DNA of 64,000 bases from a virus. Taxonomy: Duplodnaviria > Caudoviricetes. The position numbers and the translations under genes are program-made. The stretch covers positions 2,821-66,820 of the IMG/VR virus record IMGVR_UViG_3300028381_000129. One strand, given 5' to 3'. Below the pieces are notes generated by a model. It saw only the letters and a list, made by a program, of their open reading frames with translations, did no database searches and was not told the DNA's origin. Positions 17,437 to 26,700 of this stretch are shown here, in pieces (position 1 is the stretch's first letter; each line of letters opens with the position of its first letter).

Positions 17437-18413
17437 CCAACACCATGGACATCAGCCTGCCCCTGGCAGTCTGGTTGCTCCACGACGAATACGACTACAT
17501 CAACGAGCCGAACTACATCTCGGCGACATCGCTGATGAAACCGCTTCGTCAGATCGTGCTGCCCAAGCGCATTGCTCCTGAGCAGCTCACCGAGGATGTC
17601 TCGGAATACATCGCCCGGACCCTCGGCAGCTCAATCCACAGTGGTATCGAGAAGGCCTGGTCGCATGGTAACCATCGCCTGCCGCTCAAGCGTCTCGGCT
17701 ACACCGATGACGTGATCGACCGGATCCTGGTCAACCCCACCCCAGAACAGCTCCGGGCCAGCAACGATGTGATCCCGGTCTACATCGAGCAGCGGGGAAT
17801 GCGGGAGATCACCGTCAACGGCACCACCTACACCATCGGTGGCAAGTTCGACATGGTGTCAGACGGCATCGTCAACGACTTCAAGAGCACCTCGGTGTGG
17901 TCCTGGGTCAAGGGAACCAAGGATGATGACTATGCCCTTCAAGGCAGTCTCTATCGCTGGCTCCATCCGGACAAGATCACCGAGGACTTCATCCGGGTGA
18001 ACTTCATCTTCACCGACTGGTCGAAGGCGATGACCCAAAGTGCTTCAAATTATCCGGCCAAGCGGGTCGAATACAAGGACATCAAGCTGCTCTCGGTCCA
18101 GGAAACCGAGAACTGGATCCGCAACAAGCTGGCGCTGATCCAGAAGCACCTGAATACCCCTGAGGCTGAACTGCCCGAATGCACTGATGAGGAACTCTGG
18201 CGTTCGGATCCGCAGTTCAAATACTTCTCCGATCCCTCCAAGGCCACTGTGCCAGGTGCCCGGTCGACCAAGAACTTCGACAACATCCTCGATGCTCGCA
18301 AGTTTCTGGCCGAGAAGGGTAAGGGGACCATTCTGACCATTCCAGGCGTGCCCAAAGCGTGCGGCTATTGTCGTGGCTACGCTGCCTGCACCCAGAAGGA
18401 CCGCATACTATGA
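17427..18413 (+). CDS. PD-(D/E)XK Cas4-like exonuclease (N4 gp42-like)
   Basis: GGKFDMV...VNDFKSTS, QGSLYRW, C-terminal ECTDEELW...ACGYC..YAAC cysteine cluster. Confidence 0.85.
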   Translation: MHVTNTMDISLPLAVWLLHDEYDYINEPNYISATSLMKPLRQIVLPKRIAPEQLTEDVSEYIARTLGSSIHSGIEKAWSHGNHRLPLKRLGYTDDVIDRILVNPTPEQLRASNDVIPVYIEQRGMREITVNGTTYTIGGKFDMVSDGIVNDFKSTSVWSWVKGTKDDDYALQGSLYRWLHPDKITEDFIRVNFIFTDWSKAMTQSASNYPAKRVEYKDIKLLSVQETENWIRNKLALIQKHLNTPEAELPECTDEELWRSDPQFKYFSDPSKATVPGARSTKNFDNILDARKFLAEKGKGTILTIPGVPKACGYCRGYAACTQKDRIL

Positions 18414-20566
18414 TCGACCTCACGGGGGTGAGTCATCATCCGGCGATCGAACAGATCGCCGAAGTCTTGGCCAACAAGACCCAGAACTCCGACCTCAGCT
18501 TCTTCCGCTGCGAGGTGGCCTATTTCCTTGCGAAGATGGCCAGCTCGATGCGGGCAACCATCGTCACCAAGATCCAGGGGGAGATCCCGGTCAATCTCTA
18601 CACCCTGCTGCTGGCCACTTCCGGCTTCGGCAAGGGGCACTCGATCGGCATCATGGAAGACGACTTTCTGTTCGGCTTCCGTCGTCGGTTCATGCAGACC
18701 ACGTTCCCGGAAATTGCCGAGCGCAATCTCTGGACCCTGGCTAATGGCCGGGCCGGTTACAATGGCACCGATGCACAGGAAGAGTTCGACAAGCTCGAAA
18801 AGGGCTTTCGCAACTCAGGACCATTCCCGTTCACGTTCGACTCTGGCACCACGCCGGCGGTCAAGCAGCTGCGGGATCATCTTCTCCTGGCTGGTTCCGG
18901 CTCGATCAACTTCCAGGTGGACGAGATCGGCCTCAATCTGATCAGCTCAGCCGAGGTCCTGACCGTGTTCCTGGAACTGTTCGACCAGGGCAAGACCAAG
19001 ATCAAGCTCACCAAACAGTCGATGGAGAACCGCCGAGGTGAGGACATCGACGGCAAAACTCCAGCCAACATGCTGCTATTTGGGACACCCTCAAAGCTGC
19101 TCGATGGCGGTGCTGTCGAAGACAGCTTCTGGGCTTTCATGGAGACCGGCTATGCCCGTCGGTGCCTGTTCGGCATCGGTGAGCAGAAGACCCGGCTAAA
19201 CACCGATCTGACCCCGGATCAGATTTACGCCAAGCTCAGCCAGCCCTCCAACAGTGCCACTACCAACCACTGGTCGAACCACTTCCACAGGCTCGCCGAT
19301 CCCGGCATGTTCAATTGGAAGATGCAGCTTCCCGATGATGTCGGGATCCAGCTGCTGACCTACAAGATTGAGTGTGAACGAGCAGCCGAACGGCTTCCCC
19401 AACACGACGAGATCCGTAAGGCCGAGATCAGTCATCGCTATTTCAAGGCGCTGAAGATCGCTGGTGCTCTCGCTTTCACCGACGAGAGCAGTGAAGTCGA
19501 AATGGAACACCTGATGTCAGCCATCCTCCTGGTGGAGGAGTCCGGTGCCAGCTTCCAGAAGATCATGTTGAGAGATAAGTCCTACGTCCGTCTGGCGAAA
19601 TACATCGCCGAGATCGGCACGGAAGTGACCCAGACCGACCTGATCGAGACCCTGCCGTTCTTCAACGGCTCGAATACGAAGCGCAACGACATGATGACCC
19701 TGGCGACAGCCTGGGGCTACAAGAAGCACATCATCATCAAGAAGAGCTTCGTGGACGGGATCGAGTTCTTCAAGGGTGAGACCTTGCAGGAGACCAACCT
19801 CGATGAGATCCGGGTCTCCTACTCGGACAACTTCGCCTACGACTACCTGTGCGAAACTGTGCCGTTCTCGCAGCTGCACACCCTGGTTCAGGCAGATGGG
19901 ATGCACTGGGCCAACCACCATTTCCGGGGTGGTCACCGGCATGACGACAACGCCATTCCGGGCTTCAACATGGTGGTGGTGGACTGTGACGGGGATGTCT
20001 CCCTCGATGCCGTCCACGACATGCTCAAGGACTTCACGTTCCTGACCTACACCACCAAGCGGCATACCCCTGAGGTGAACCGCTTTCGGCTGCTGCTGCC
20101 GATCAACTACAACCTGGAGCTCGACCAGGAAGAGTATCGGGAGTTCATGAATGCGGTCATGGCCTGGATGCCATTCAAGAGCGACCCGGCAGCCAACCAA
20201 CGGTCGAAGAAGTGGCTGACCTGCGAGAACAGTGTGGTCCACTACAACGAAGGTCAGCTGTTCGATGCCCTGGACTTCATCCCGAAGACCAGCCGCAACG
20301 AGGCCTACCGGAAGCAATACCAGGCTCTCGAAAACCTCGACAACCTGGAACGCTGGTTTGCCCAACGGATCGCTTCCGGCAACCGCAACAACCAGATGAT
20401 CAAGTTCGCCTTGGCTCTGGTCGATAGCGGCATGGATATCGTCCAGGTCAACGCTCAGGTTCACGCCTTCAACAAGAAGCTCAGTGACCCGATGAGCGAA
20501 GACGAGATCGACGGGACCATCATGGTGACCGTCAGCAAGCGCTTCGAGAAGAAGGCCTCGGCCTAA
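18410..20566 (+). CDS. DNA primase/helicase-like protein (N4 gp43-like)
   Basis: LLATSGFGKG, QVDEIG, VVVDCDG, YTTKRH..RFRLLLP, C-terminal GNRNNQMIKFA (PriCT-like). Confidence 0.88.
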   Translation: MIDLTGVSHHPAIEQIAEVLANKTQNSDLSFFRCEVAYFLAKMASSMRATIVTKIQGEIPVNLYTLLLATSGFGKGHSIGIMEDDFLFGFRRRFMQTTFPEIAERNLWTLANGRAGYNGTDAQEEFDKLEKGFRNSGPFPFTFDSGTTPAVKQLRDHLLLAGSGSINFQVDEIGLNLISSAEVLTVFLELFDQGKTKIKLTKQSMENRRGEDIDGKTPANMLLFGTPSKLLDGGAVEDSFWAFMETGYARRCLFGIGEQKTRLNTDLTPDQIYAKLSQPSNSATTNHWSNHFHRLADPGMFNWKMQLPDDVGIQLLTYKIECERAAERLPQHDEIRKAEISHRYFKALKIAGALAFTDESSEVEMEHLMSAILLVEESGASFQKIMLRDKSYVRLAKYIAEIGTEVTQTDLIETLPFFNGSNTKRNDMMTLATAWGYKKHIIIKKSFVDGIEFFKGETLQETNLDEIRVSYSDNFAYDYLCETVPFSQLHTLVQADGMHWANHHFRGGHRHDDNAIPGFNMVVVDCDGDVSLDAVHDMLKDFTFLTYTTKRHTPEVNRFRLLLPINYNLELDQEEYREFMNAVMAWMPFKSDPAANQRSKKWLTCENSVVHYNEGQLFDALDFIPKTSRNEAYRKQYQALENLDNLERWFAQRIASGNRNNQMIKFALALVDSGMDIVQVNAQVHAFNKKLSDPMSEDEIDGTIMVTVSKRFEKKASA

Positions 20567-20612
20567 CCACCACACGACTACCTAACGACTACCAGATGTC
20601 ACCCCCGTGACA

Positions 20613-20658
20613 GCTCCGGTCAGCCTTTTCCTGGGTCTCCAGGAGGGGTGACCGGAGC
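20613..20658 (+). promoter_or_regulatory. Long stem-loop containing the TCAGCCTTTTCCTGGGTCT motif
   Basis: GCTCCGGTCA...CCTGG-GTCT-CCAGG...TGACCGGAGC nested pairing. Confidence 0.5.
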
Positions 20659-20684
20659 CTTCGGGAACCAAGGAAAGGACTAGC

Positions 20685-20909
20685 ATGAGAGACCTTCAGG
20701 GCCGCTCATATCTCACATCCGCAGAAGCAGCTGTCGGGGTCGAGGTGGAGACTGATGGCGACTTCACCTGCCGAAAGCCCCATCAACGATCCAAAATTGA
20801 AGCTGATGCGGATGGCGATCTATTCATCCAGTGCGATCATGGTCAGCACCTTCTCGGTGGTCAGCTCTCCAATGATAGCACCCATTACAAGGGGGTTTAT
20901 CGTGTCTGA
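20685..20909 (+). CDS. Small hypothetical protein, 74 aa
   Basis: AAGGA SD; overlaps the start of the AAA gene. Confidence 0.55.
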   Translation: MRDLQGRSYLTSAEAAVGVEVETDGDFTCRKPHQRSKIEADADGDLFIQCDHGQHLLGGQLSNDSTHYKGVYRV

Positions 20910-21660
20910 GCAACAAGACACTGACGAGCAGTTCGAGTTCAACGATCAGATGATCCTGATCGGCGGTGTCTCGGGTGCCGGCAAATCTGCCGCGCTCCGC
21001 AACATCCGTAACCAGGATCGCTGGATCTACATCAACACCGAGGCGGGCAAGCGTCTGCCGTTCCGCAACCAGTTCATCAATGCCCGAGTCGACGATCCCT
21101 GGCAGGTCTACCATTTCGTCGACGACGCGATCAACAATCCCGATGATGTCGACGGCCTGGTTATCGACTCTGCCACCTTCATGATGGACATGTTCGAGAG
21201 CCAGTACGTTCTCGGCAGTTCCGACACCATGAAGGGCTGGAGCAACTACGCCCAGTTCTGGAAGAACCTCCTCCAGAAGAAGCTGGTCCAGTTCGGCAAG
21301 CCGGTGGTCATCATCGCTCACGTCCTTGAGGTCTACGACGAAGCCTCGATGTCGATGAAGCGGTCGGTGCCCATCAAGGGAGCGCTGAAGAACCAGGGTG
21401 TGGAAGCCTACTTCTCCACCGTAGTTGAGGCCACCAAGATCCCGATCAAGGACCTCAACGACTACGATCAGGATCTCCTGCACATCAGCGAAGACGAGGA
21501 AGATCTCGGCTTCAAATATGTGTTCCAAACCCGTTTGACCAAGGAGTCGATCGGGACCCGTATTCGTTCGCCCATGGGGATGTTCTCCAAGAAACAGACC
21601 CACATGGACAACGATGTTCAGCTTCTGCTGGACCACCTGGCGCGGTTCTACGGAGCCTGA
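20902..21660 (+). CDS. AAA ATPase (Sak4/AAA_24-like, N4 gp44-like)
   Basis: GVSGAGKS Walker A, YINTEAG, VIDSATF Walker B, VIIAH. GTG start after AAGGGGG. Confidence 0.85.
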   Translation: MSEQQDTDEQFEFNDQMILIGGVSGAGKSAALRNIRNQDRWIYINTEAGKRLPFRNQFINARVDDPWQVYHFVDDAINNPDDVDGLVIDSATFMMDMFESQYVLGSSDTMKGWSNYAQFWKNLLQKKLVQFGKPVVIIAHVLEVYDEASMSMKRSVPIKGALKNQGVEAYFSTVVEATKIPIKDLNDYDQDLLHISEDEEDLGFKYVFQTRLTKESIGTRIRSPMGMFSKKQTHMDNDVQLLLDHLARFYGA

Positions 21661-21707
21661 ACCAAGACCACCAAAACCACAAAAACGAACCAAAGAAAGA
21701 CTGAAAA

Positions 21708-22472
21708 ATGAACATGATATTTGGAAATCTGAACAACGAGGGTCTTGAGGAAGCTGAAGACCGTCTCGGCGGTGGCTCCCTGACCGTAGACACCGATGGC
21801 TATGATGCCACGATCAAGGTCGCCTATGCCGGCAAGTCGGCCGGTGGTGCCCAGAACGTGACCTTCATCTTCGACCTCGGTGGTCGGGAATACCGGGAGA
21901 CGATCTACGTCACCAACAAGAAGGGCGAGAACTTCTTCCTGAACAAGGACGACAAGACCAAGAAGGTGCCGCTGCCGGGCTTCACCACCGTCAACGACAT
22001 CTGCCTCGTCGCCACCGGTGATCCGCTCTGGGAGCAGGTCACCGAGGACAAGATGGTCAAGGTCTACGACTTCGACGAGAACAAGGAACTGCCCAAGTCG
22101 GTTCCGGTCCTGACCAACCTGCTCGGCAAGCCGGTGACCCTGGCCATCGTCAAGCAGATCGTCGACAAGTCCAAGAAGGACGATAGCGGCAATTACGTCC
22201 CGACCGGCGAGACTCGCGAAGAGAACTTCATCGACAAGGTGTTCGCCACCGAGACGAAGCTCACCGTGGTCGAAGCCACCAAGGGCGTGGAGGCAACCTT
22301 CTATGCGGCCTGGGTCGAGAAGAACAAGGGCCAGATCCGCGACAAGTCCAGCAAGGATGCCGGCAGCGGCCAGTCTGGTCGTCCGGGTCGTTCCGCCGGT
22401 GGTCCCCCGCAGGCCAATGGCGGTACTGCTGCCGGCAAGCCCAAGAGCCTGTTCGGTAACAAGTCGGCCTGA
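21708..22472 (+). CDS. Single-stranded DNA-binding protein (N4 gp45-like)
   Basis: EDRLGGG, YRETIYVTNKKGENF, LPGFTTVNDICL, terminal KPKSLFG; synteny. Confidence 0.85.
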   Translation: MNMIFGNLNNEGLEEAEDRLGGGSLTVDTDGYDATIKVAYAGKSAGGAQNVTFIFDLGGREYRETIYVTNKKGENFFLNKDDKTKKVPLPGFTTVNDICLVATGDPLWEQVTEDKMVKVYDFDENKELPKSVPVLTNLLGKPVTLAIVKQIVDKSKKDDSGNYVPTGETREENFIDKVFATETKLTVVEATKGVEATFYAAWVEKNKGQIRDKSSKDAGSGQSGRPGRSAGGPPQANGGTAAGKPKSLFGNKSA

Positions 22473-22485
22473 GGGGTAGGCTCTG

Positions 22486-23043
22486 ATGCGGATACCAGTC
22501 GTGGGGTTCGACCCCAGCCTCAGCAATTGGGGGATCGCTGAAGCTGAATTGGATCTCACGACTGGGATCCTCAGCACGCCCAAGCTCTCGGTCATCTGCA
22601 CTGAAAGTACCAAGACGAAGCAAGTCCGCAAAAACTCTGATGATATCCATCGAGCTGAGCAGGCAGCCAAGGCAGCCCTGGCCGCAGCTAGGAAAGCCAA
22701 GGTGATCTTCGTTGAATGCCCAGTTGGATCACAATCTGCACGGGCTATGGCCTCTTATGGCATTTGTGTTGGCATTTTGGGAACAATTCGTGCAGAGGGT
22801 ATTCCTCTCATTGAGGTCAGTGCGAGTGAGTCGAAACTCGCATTCACTCAGAATGAGAATGCTACGAAACAGGAGATGATAAGGGAGGCCATCAGCCTTT
22901 ATCCTGATGCCAACTTCCCGAAACATGCGGGAAAGGTCAGCCTATCCAAGGCTGAGCATGTTGCGGATGCAATAGCGGCAATCCATGCCGGAGTCCTGAC
23001 TCCAATGTTCCAAAACCTTCTGCGACTCTACTCTGAGGTGTGA
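22486..23043 (+). CDS. RuvC-like Holliday junction resolvase
   Basis: VGFDPSLSNWG, FVECPVGSQ, EHVADAIAA. Confidence 0.85.
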   Translation: MRIPVVGFDPSLSNWGIAEAELDLTTGILSTPKLSVICTESTKTKQVRKNSDDIHRAEQAAKAALAAARKAKVIFVECPVGSQSARAMASYGICVGILGTIRAEGIPLIEVSASESKLAFTQNENATKQEMIREAISLYPDANFPKHAGKVSLSKAEHVADAIAAIHAGVLTPMFQNLLRLYSEV

Positions 23044-23525
23044 AAATGCAGATCATCATCACTGAAAATGAAATCAAGCTTGCGATCCGAAACCACATTC
23101 TGTCGCAGATCTCCGTCAAGGAAGACATGCAGATCGATGTCGACCTCAAGGCCACCCGTGGCACCGAGGGCTACACTGCTGTCATCGACATCAACCCGCA
23201 GGTCGAAAAGACTCCGGCGGTTCAGCCAGCACCCCGTCAGGGAACCAAGGCGAAGACCAATCCGGGTGCCGTTGTTCAGAGCGAAAAGATCGAACCGACC
23301 CTTGCTCCGGAACCGGCTGCCACCGTGACTATTGAGGCCAAGGCCGTCATTCCCGAAGCGGAAACGGCACTGGAACCGGAAGTCGAAACTGCCAACGACG
23401 CTGCCAGTGACGCTGCTGCTGATCCAGCACCGGCTGCCGATGGCACCGAAGTGAGCAAGGCTGAAGCTCCCCGTTCGATCTTCGCAGGTCTCAAGAAGCC
23501 GGTGAACAACTCCGCATCTGCCTAA
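23040..23525 (+). CDS. N4-like protein with conserved N-terminus and Ala/Pro/Glu-rich tail
   Basis: MQIIITENEIKLAIRNHI...DLKATRG; ends PRSIFAGLKKP. Confidence 0.75.
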   Translation: MKMQIIITENEIKLAIRNHILSQISVKEDMQIDVDLKATRGTEGYTAVIDINPQVEKTPAVQPAPRQGTKAKTNPGAVVQSEKIEPTLAPEPAATVTIEAKAVIPEAETALEPEVETANDAASDAAADPAPAADGTEVSKAEAPRSIFAGLKKPVNNSASA

Positions 23526-23698
23526 TGTGGGCCGCCAGGATCCTGCTGGTCGGGATCCTGGTGATCGCTTCGATCGCCATCCTCTCGACGGCAATCGCAT
23601 TTGCTGCCCCTTACCTGGCAGCATTGGTGATCCTCTGGGGACTGGGAAAATGGTGTCTGAATAAGCTTCAGGACACCAAACCCCCGGAACCTCCGTGA
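23525..23698 (+). CDS. 57-aa hydrophobic membrane protein
   Basis: Translated by hand: MWAARILLVGILVIASIAILSTAIAFAAPYLAALVILWGLGKWCLNKLQDTKPPEPP; TAATG coupling. Confidence 0.65.
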   Translation: MWAARILLVGILVIASIAILSTAIAFAAPYLAALVILWGLGKWCLNKLQDTKPPEPP

Positions 23699-23730
23699 GC
23701 ATCGAGCGTTAGACCAGAGCGACCCATGTG

Positions 23731-23768
23731 CCCCCACAGGATGATCCTGTGGGGGTTTCTTTTTGTTT
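23731..23768 (+). terminator. Intrinsic terminator at the convergence of middle and late blocks
   Basis: CCCCCACAGGA-TGA-TCCTGTGGGGG followed by TTTCTTTTTG. Confidence 0.85.
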
Positions 23769-23789
23769 TCCGTGGATCAGTTTCAATTG

Positions 23790-26700
23790 TCAGTCGAACA
23801 AATTGACCCAGGGATTGAGAGCATGAGCGCGGAAAACCTCCTGGGGTCCGATCGACCAGCCGAGATTACCCTCCAAACCAGTGGTGAGAAGGTTGTCCTT
23901 GATCGGTAGACCGACAGTGCCGAAACCACTGGGCGTCGGTGCCATCCCAGCCAGTAGCATGTGCAGGGGATTACGCCGGAGTGTGGACAGGGCAACTTTG
24001 ATCGACTTCAGCTTGTAGTCCCAGAACCAGGTCATCCCGATCCCCGAGAGATACCCACGGAAGCGACCCGGAAGCCGATCGTAGTTGATGTACTCTTCGG
24101 TGATCGTCGCCAGGGCAGCTTTTCGATCGACACCCTGACGTTTGGTTAGGTCATCATAGAGGATAGCCTTGGCCAGCATGTCACCATAGTCCACCGACTT
24201 CTGAAGACCCTTGAACAGAGCCGTGTCCTTGCTGATGATCGCATAGCGACCAGCCGTCTTGACCGCCTCAGGCAGCTGGGAAACCAGGTGCTCCAGATAG
24301 CCATTGAGCTTGCCCTCAAATAGGCTACTCTCCTGACGGTCCACGCGTTCGGTGCTGATTGCTGAGAACTCGCCTGCCTGGATCAAAGGCCAGATGCTCA
24401 GCCGCTTGTTTGCATCCGAGATCGAGGTCATCTCGGCCTTGATCGCACGGGTCCTGGGCAGGTTGTTCCGGGCAGCCCGAAGATCGGCTTCAAGATCGAT
24501 CTGGCGTAGCTGGTTCTGATGATAGATCCGGATCTCCGCTACCTTCTTGGGCAGGCTCCTGGCGATGTTCACCAAAGGCACACCCCGGCTCGACAGCTGG
24601 TAGATGTTCGAGATCATGTTCGCCATCGGCACGATGATCGAGCGAACGACGATCGTGCTCTTGGCGTCGGCCACCACATTCTGGATCAGCCGTTCGCTGG
24701 TCACCAGCCGGCGATAGGCATCCTTGCCAAACACAGCCGTGGCAATGTTGACGGCCATGCTCTGGGTCCGAGGATCCAGACGGCTGACACCAGTCCAGGA
24801 ATCGCCCACCGAAGCAGTGCGATAGCCGATGGTGTCATTGACCATATCCTTACGGACCATGAAGCCCTCACCACCGAAGGTGTCCTTGATTAGTTTGTGC
24901 ATCTGAGGAGTGAACAGCGAGACCGCATCGGCGATGATCGGATCCTTGTGATTCTTGGGATCGAGCAGATCGACAAACTCATCGGACCGGGTGTCGTCCC
25001 GCTCATTCCAGATGTCGTGCAGGCGTTCGACCAGAACCTGGTTGAACTGATCGGCCGAAGCCTCTTCAGCCTGACGACCACGCCAGATCCCCAGCACCTT
25101 CGAGAGATCGGTCTGCTGCTGGAGCCGGCCCTTCTGGACCGGATCCACCGACCGCTCGTAGGCAACGACATCACCATCTGCATCGAACACCGGCAGCAGC
25201 TGCTCCACTGCCGGGTTGGCCTGCATCGAACGCAGCCTGACCGTGATCTTGCGGACCTCGGCAGCGTCAGTGATTCGGCCTGCCTGGTTCATATCGAGGC
25301 TACGGCCAGTGACCGGATCGACACCCCAGAAGGTGCGATGGACGTTCTGGGCAATGCCTTGGTTGAACGGCGACCTGGCGGTCAGTGGGGCGAAATAGTA
25401 GCCCTTACTGCCCCGGCCACCTTCCGCTTTCGAGCCGACATAGCTCGCCACCCGAGTGTAACCCCGAGCCACCAGATCAGCATAGTCTTTGTCGTCAGCC
25501 ACCCGCAGATCGGAACCCGAAGTAGTCTCCGTCGGGACATGACCCTTGTAGCGGTTGAGCTGACCGACGGTGCTGACACCCTTCTCAAACTCACCCCGAT
25601 GCTGGCCGACCAGGTAATTGAACACGAAGCTCATGCCGTCAGCTTCCTTGGCAGCCAGTTCAGCCATATCCAGCCGGGTCTGCACCGGAAGCTTCTCTAG
25701 GGCATAGAGCGAGGTCAGACGGTCGATGGCCTGGACCAGCTGACGATCCGGCTTCTTGCGCTGATCGGCTTCGAGCTTAGGCACCTCATTGAGCAGCCTG
25801 GCAATGGCGTCAGCGTTGCGCAACAGGTTCTTCGAGGCCTTGCCGCTGCTCATATACTCAGCGAGCTCCTGAGCCTTCTGCTGGATCAGGGCAGCTCGTT
25901 TCGGATCGAGCTTGGCGATCTGGGCTTCATGCTTGCCGATCTCGCGGGTGACATGACTGGCATCCCGCAGGAGGGTCAGCACACGACTGGAACCAAGGGA
26001 GGAGAGAGCCGCTAGGTCAGTCTTAGCCATGCCATGGTAGAGCGCAGTCCATTCCTGTTCGGACAGGGCACGGGAGAACTGGGCAGCAACCTTCTTGGGC
26101 AGCTCTTCACGGAATGCCTGACGCTTTTGCTGAGTGAATGCCCGGGTAGCCTTGATCAGATCGTAGATCGGAGCATTGGCCTTGGTGCGACCAGTCACTT
26201 CGTTCCACAGCTCCCGAACCGGGGTCCAGACACTGAGCTTGTTCAGGGTTGAGGTGATGCTCTCGCCGGCGTTGTCTGCCCGCTCGTCATTGAGTGCAGA
26301 CGAGATCAGCTGACCGGTCCGAGCGACGATTTCGACCAGCTTGTTGTCGGTGTTGTCGGCGATGTCTTGGAGTTTGTCAGCCGCCTTGCCGGTGAGATCC
26401 TGCATCCCACCAACCAGCACGTCATTCACCTTGTCGAGGCCATTGCCCACCGGAGTGGCATACTGGTTGATCCACGTCTCCCGTTCCTCCTGGCTTTCGG
26501 CCAGTCGGGCGGTGAGATCGTCGATCGCATGAAGCATGGTCTTGGCTTTGTGGTCGCCAGCGAGAACCCGGCTCATCCGATCGAGTACACCAGAGGCCAG
26601 ATCGTCGATGTGATTGTCGAGACTACCGCCACCGGTGCGCTCACCCTTGGGCAGACCCAGTTTCTCGATCACCTCGCGGAAACCATCATGGACGTTGGCA

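Noticed and set aside
17427-18413. CRISPR-Cas system suggested by the Cas4-like nuclease
   Set aside because: This is a standard N4-like replication gene; no repeat-spacer array or other cas genes are in the window.
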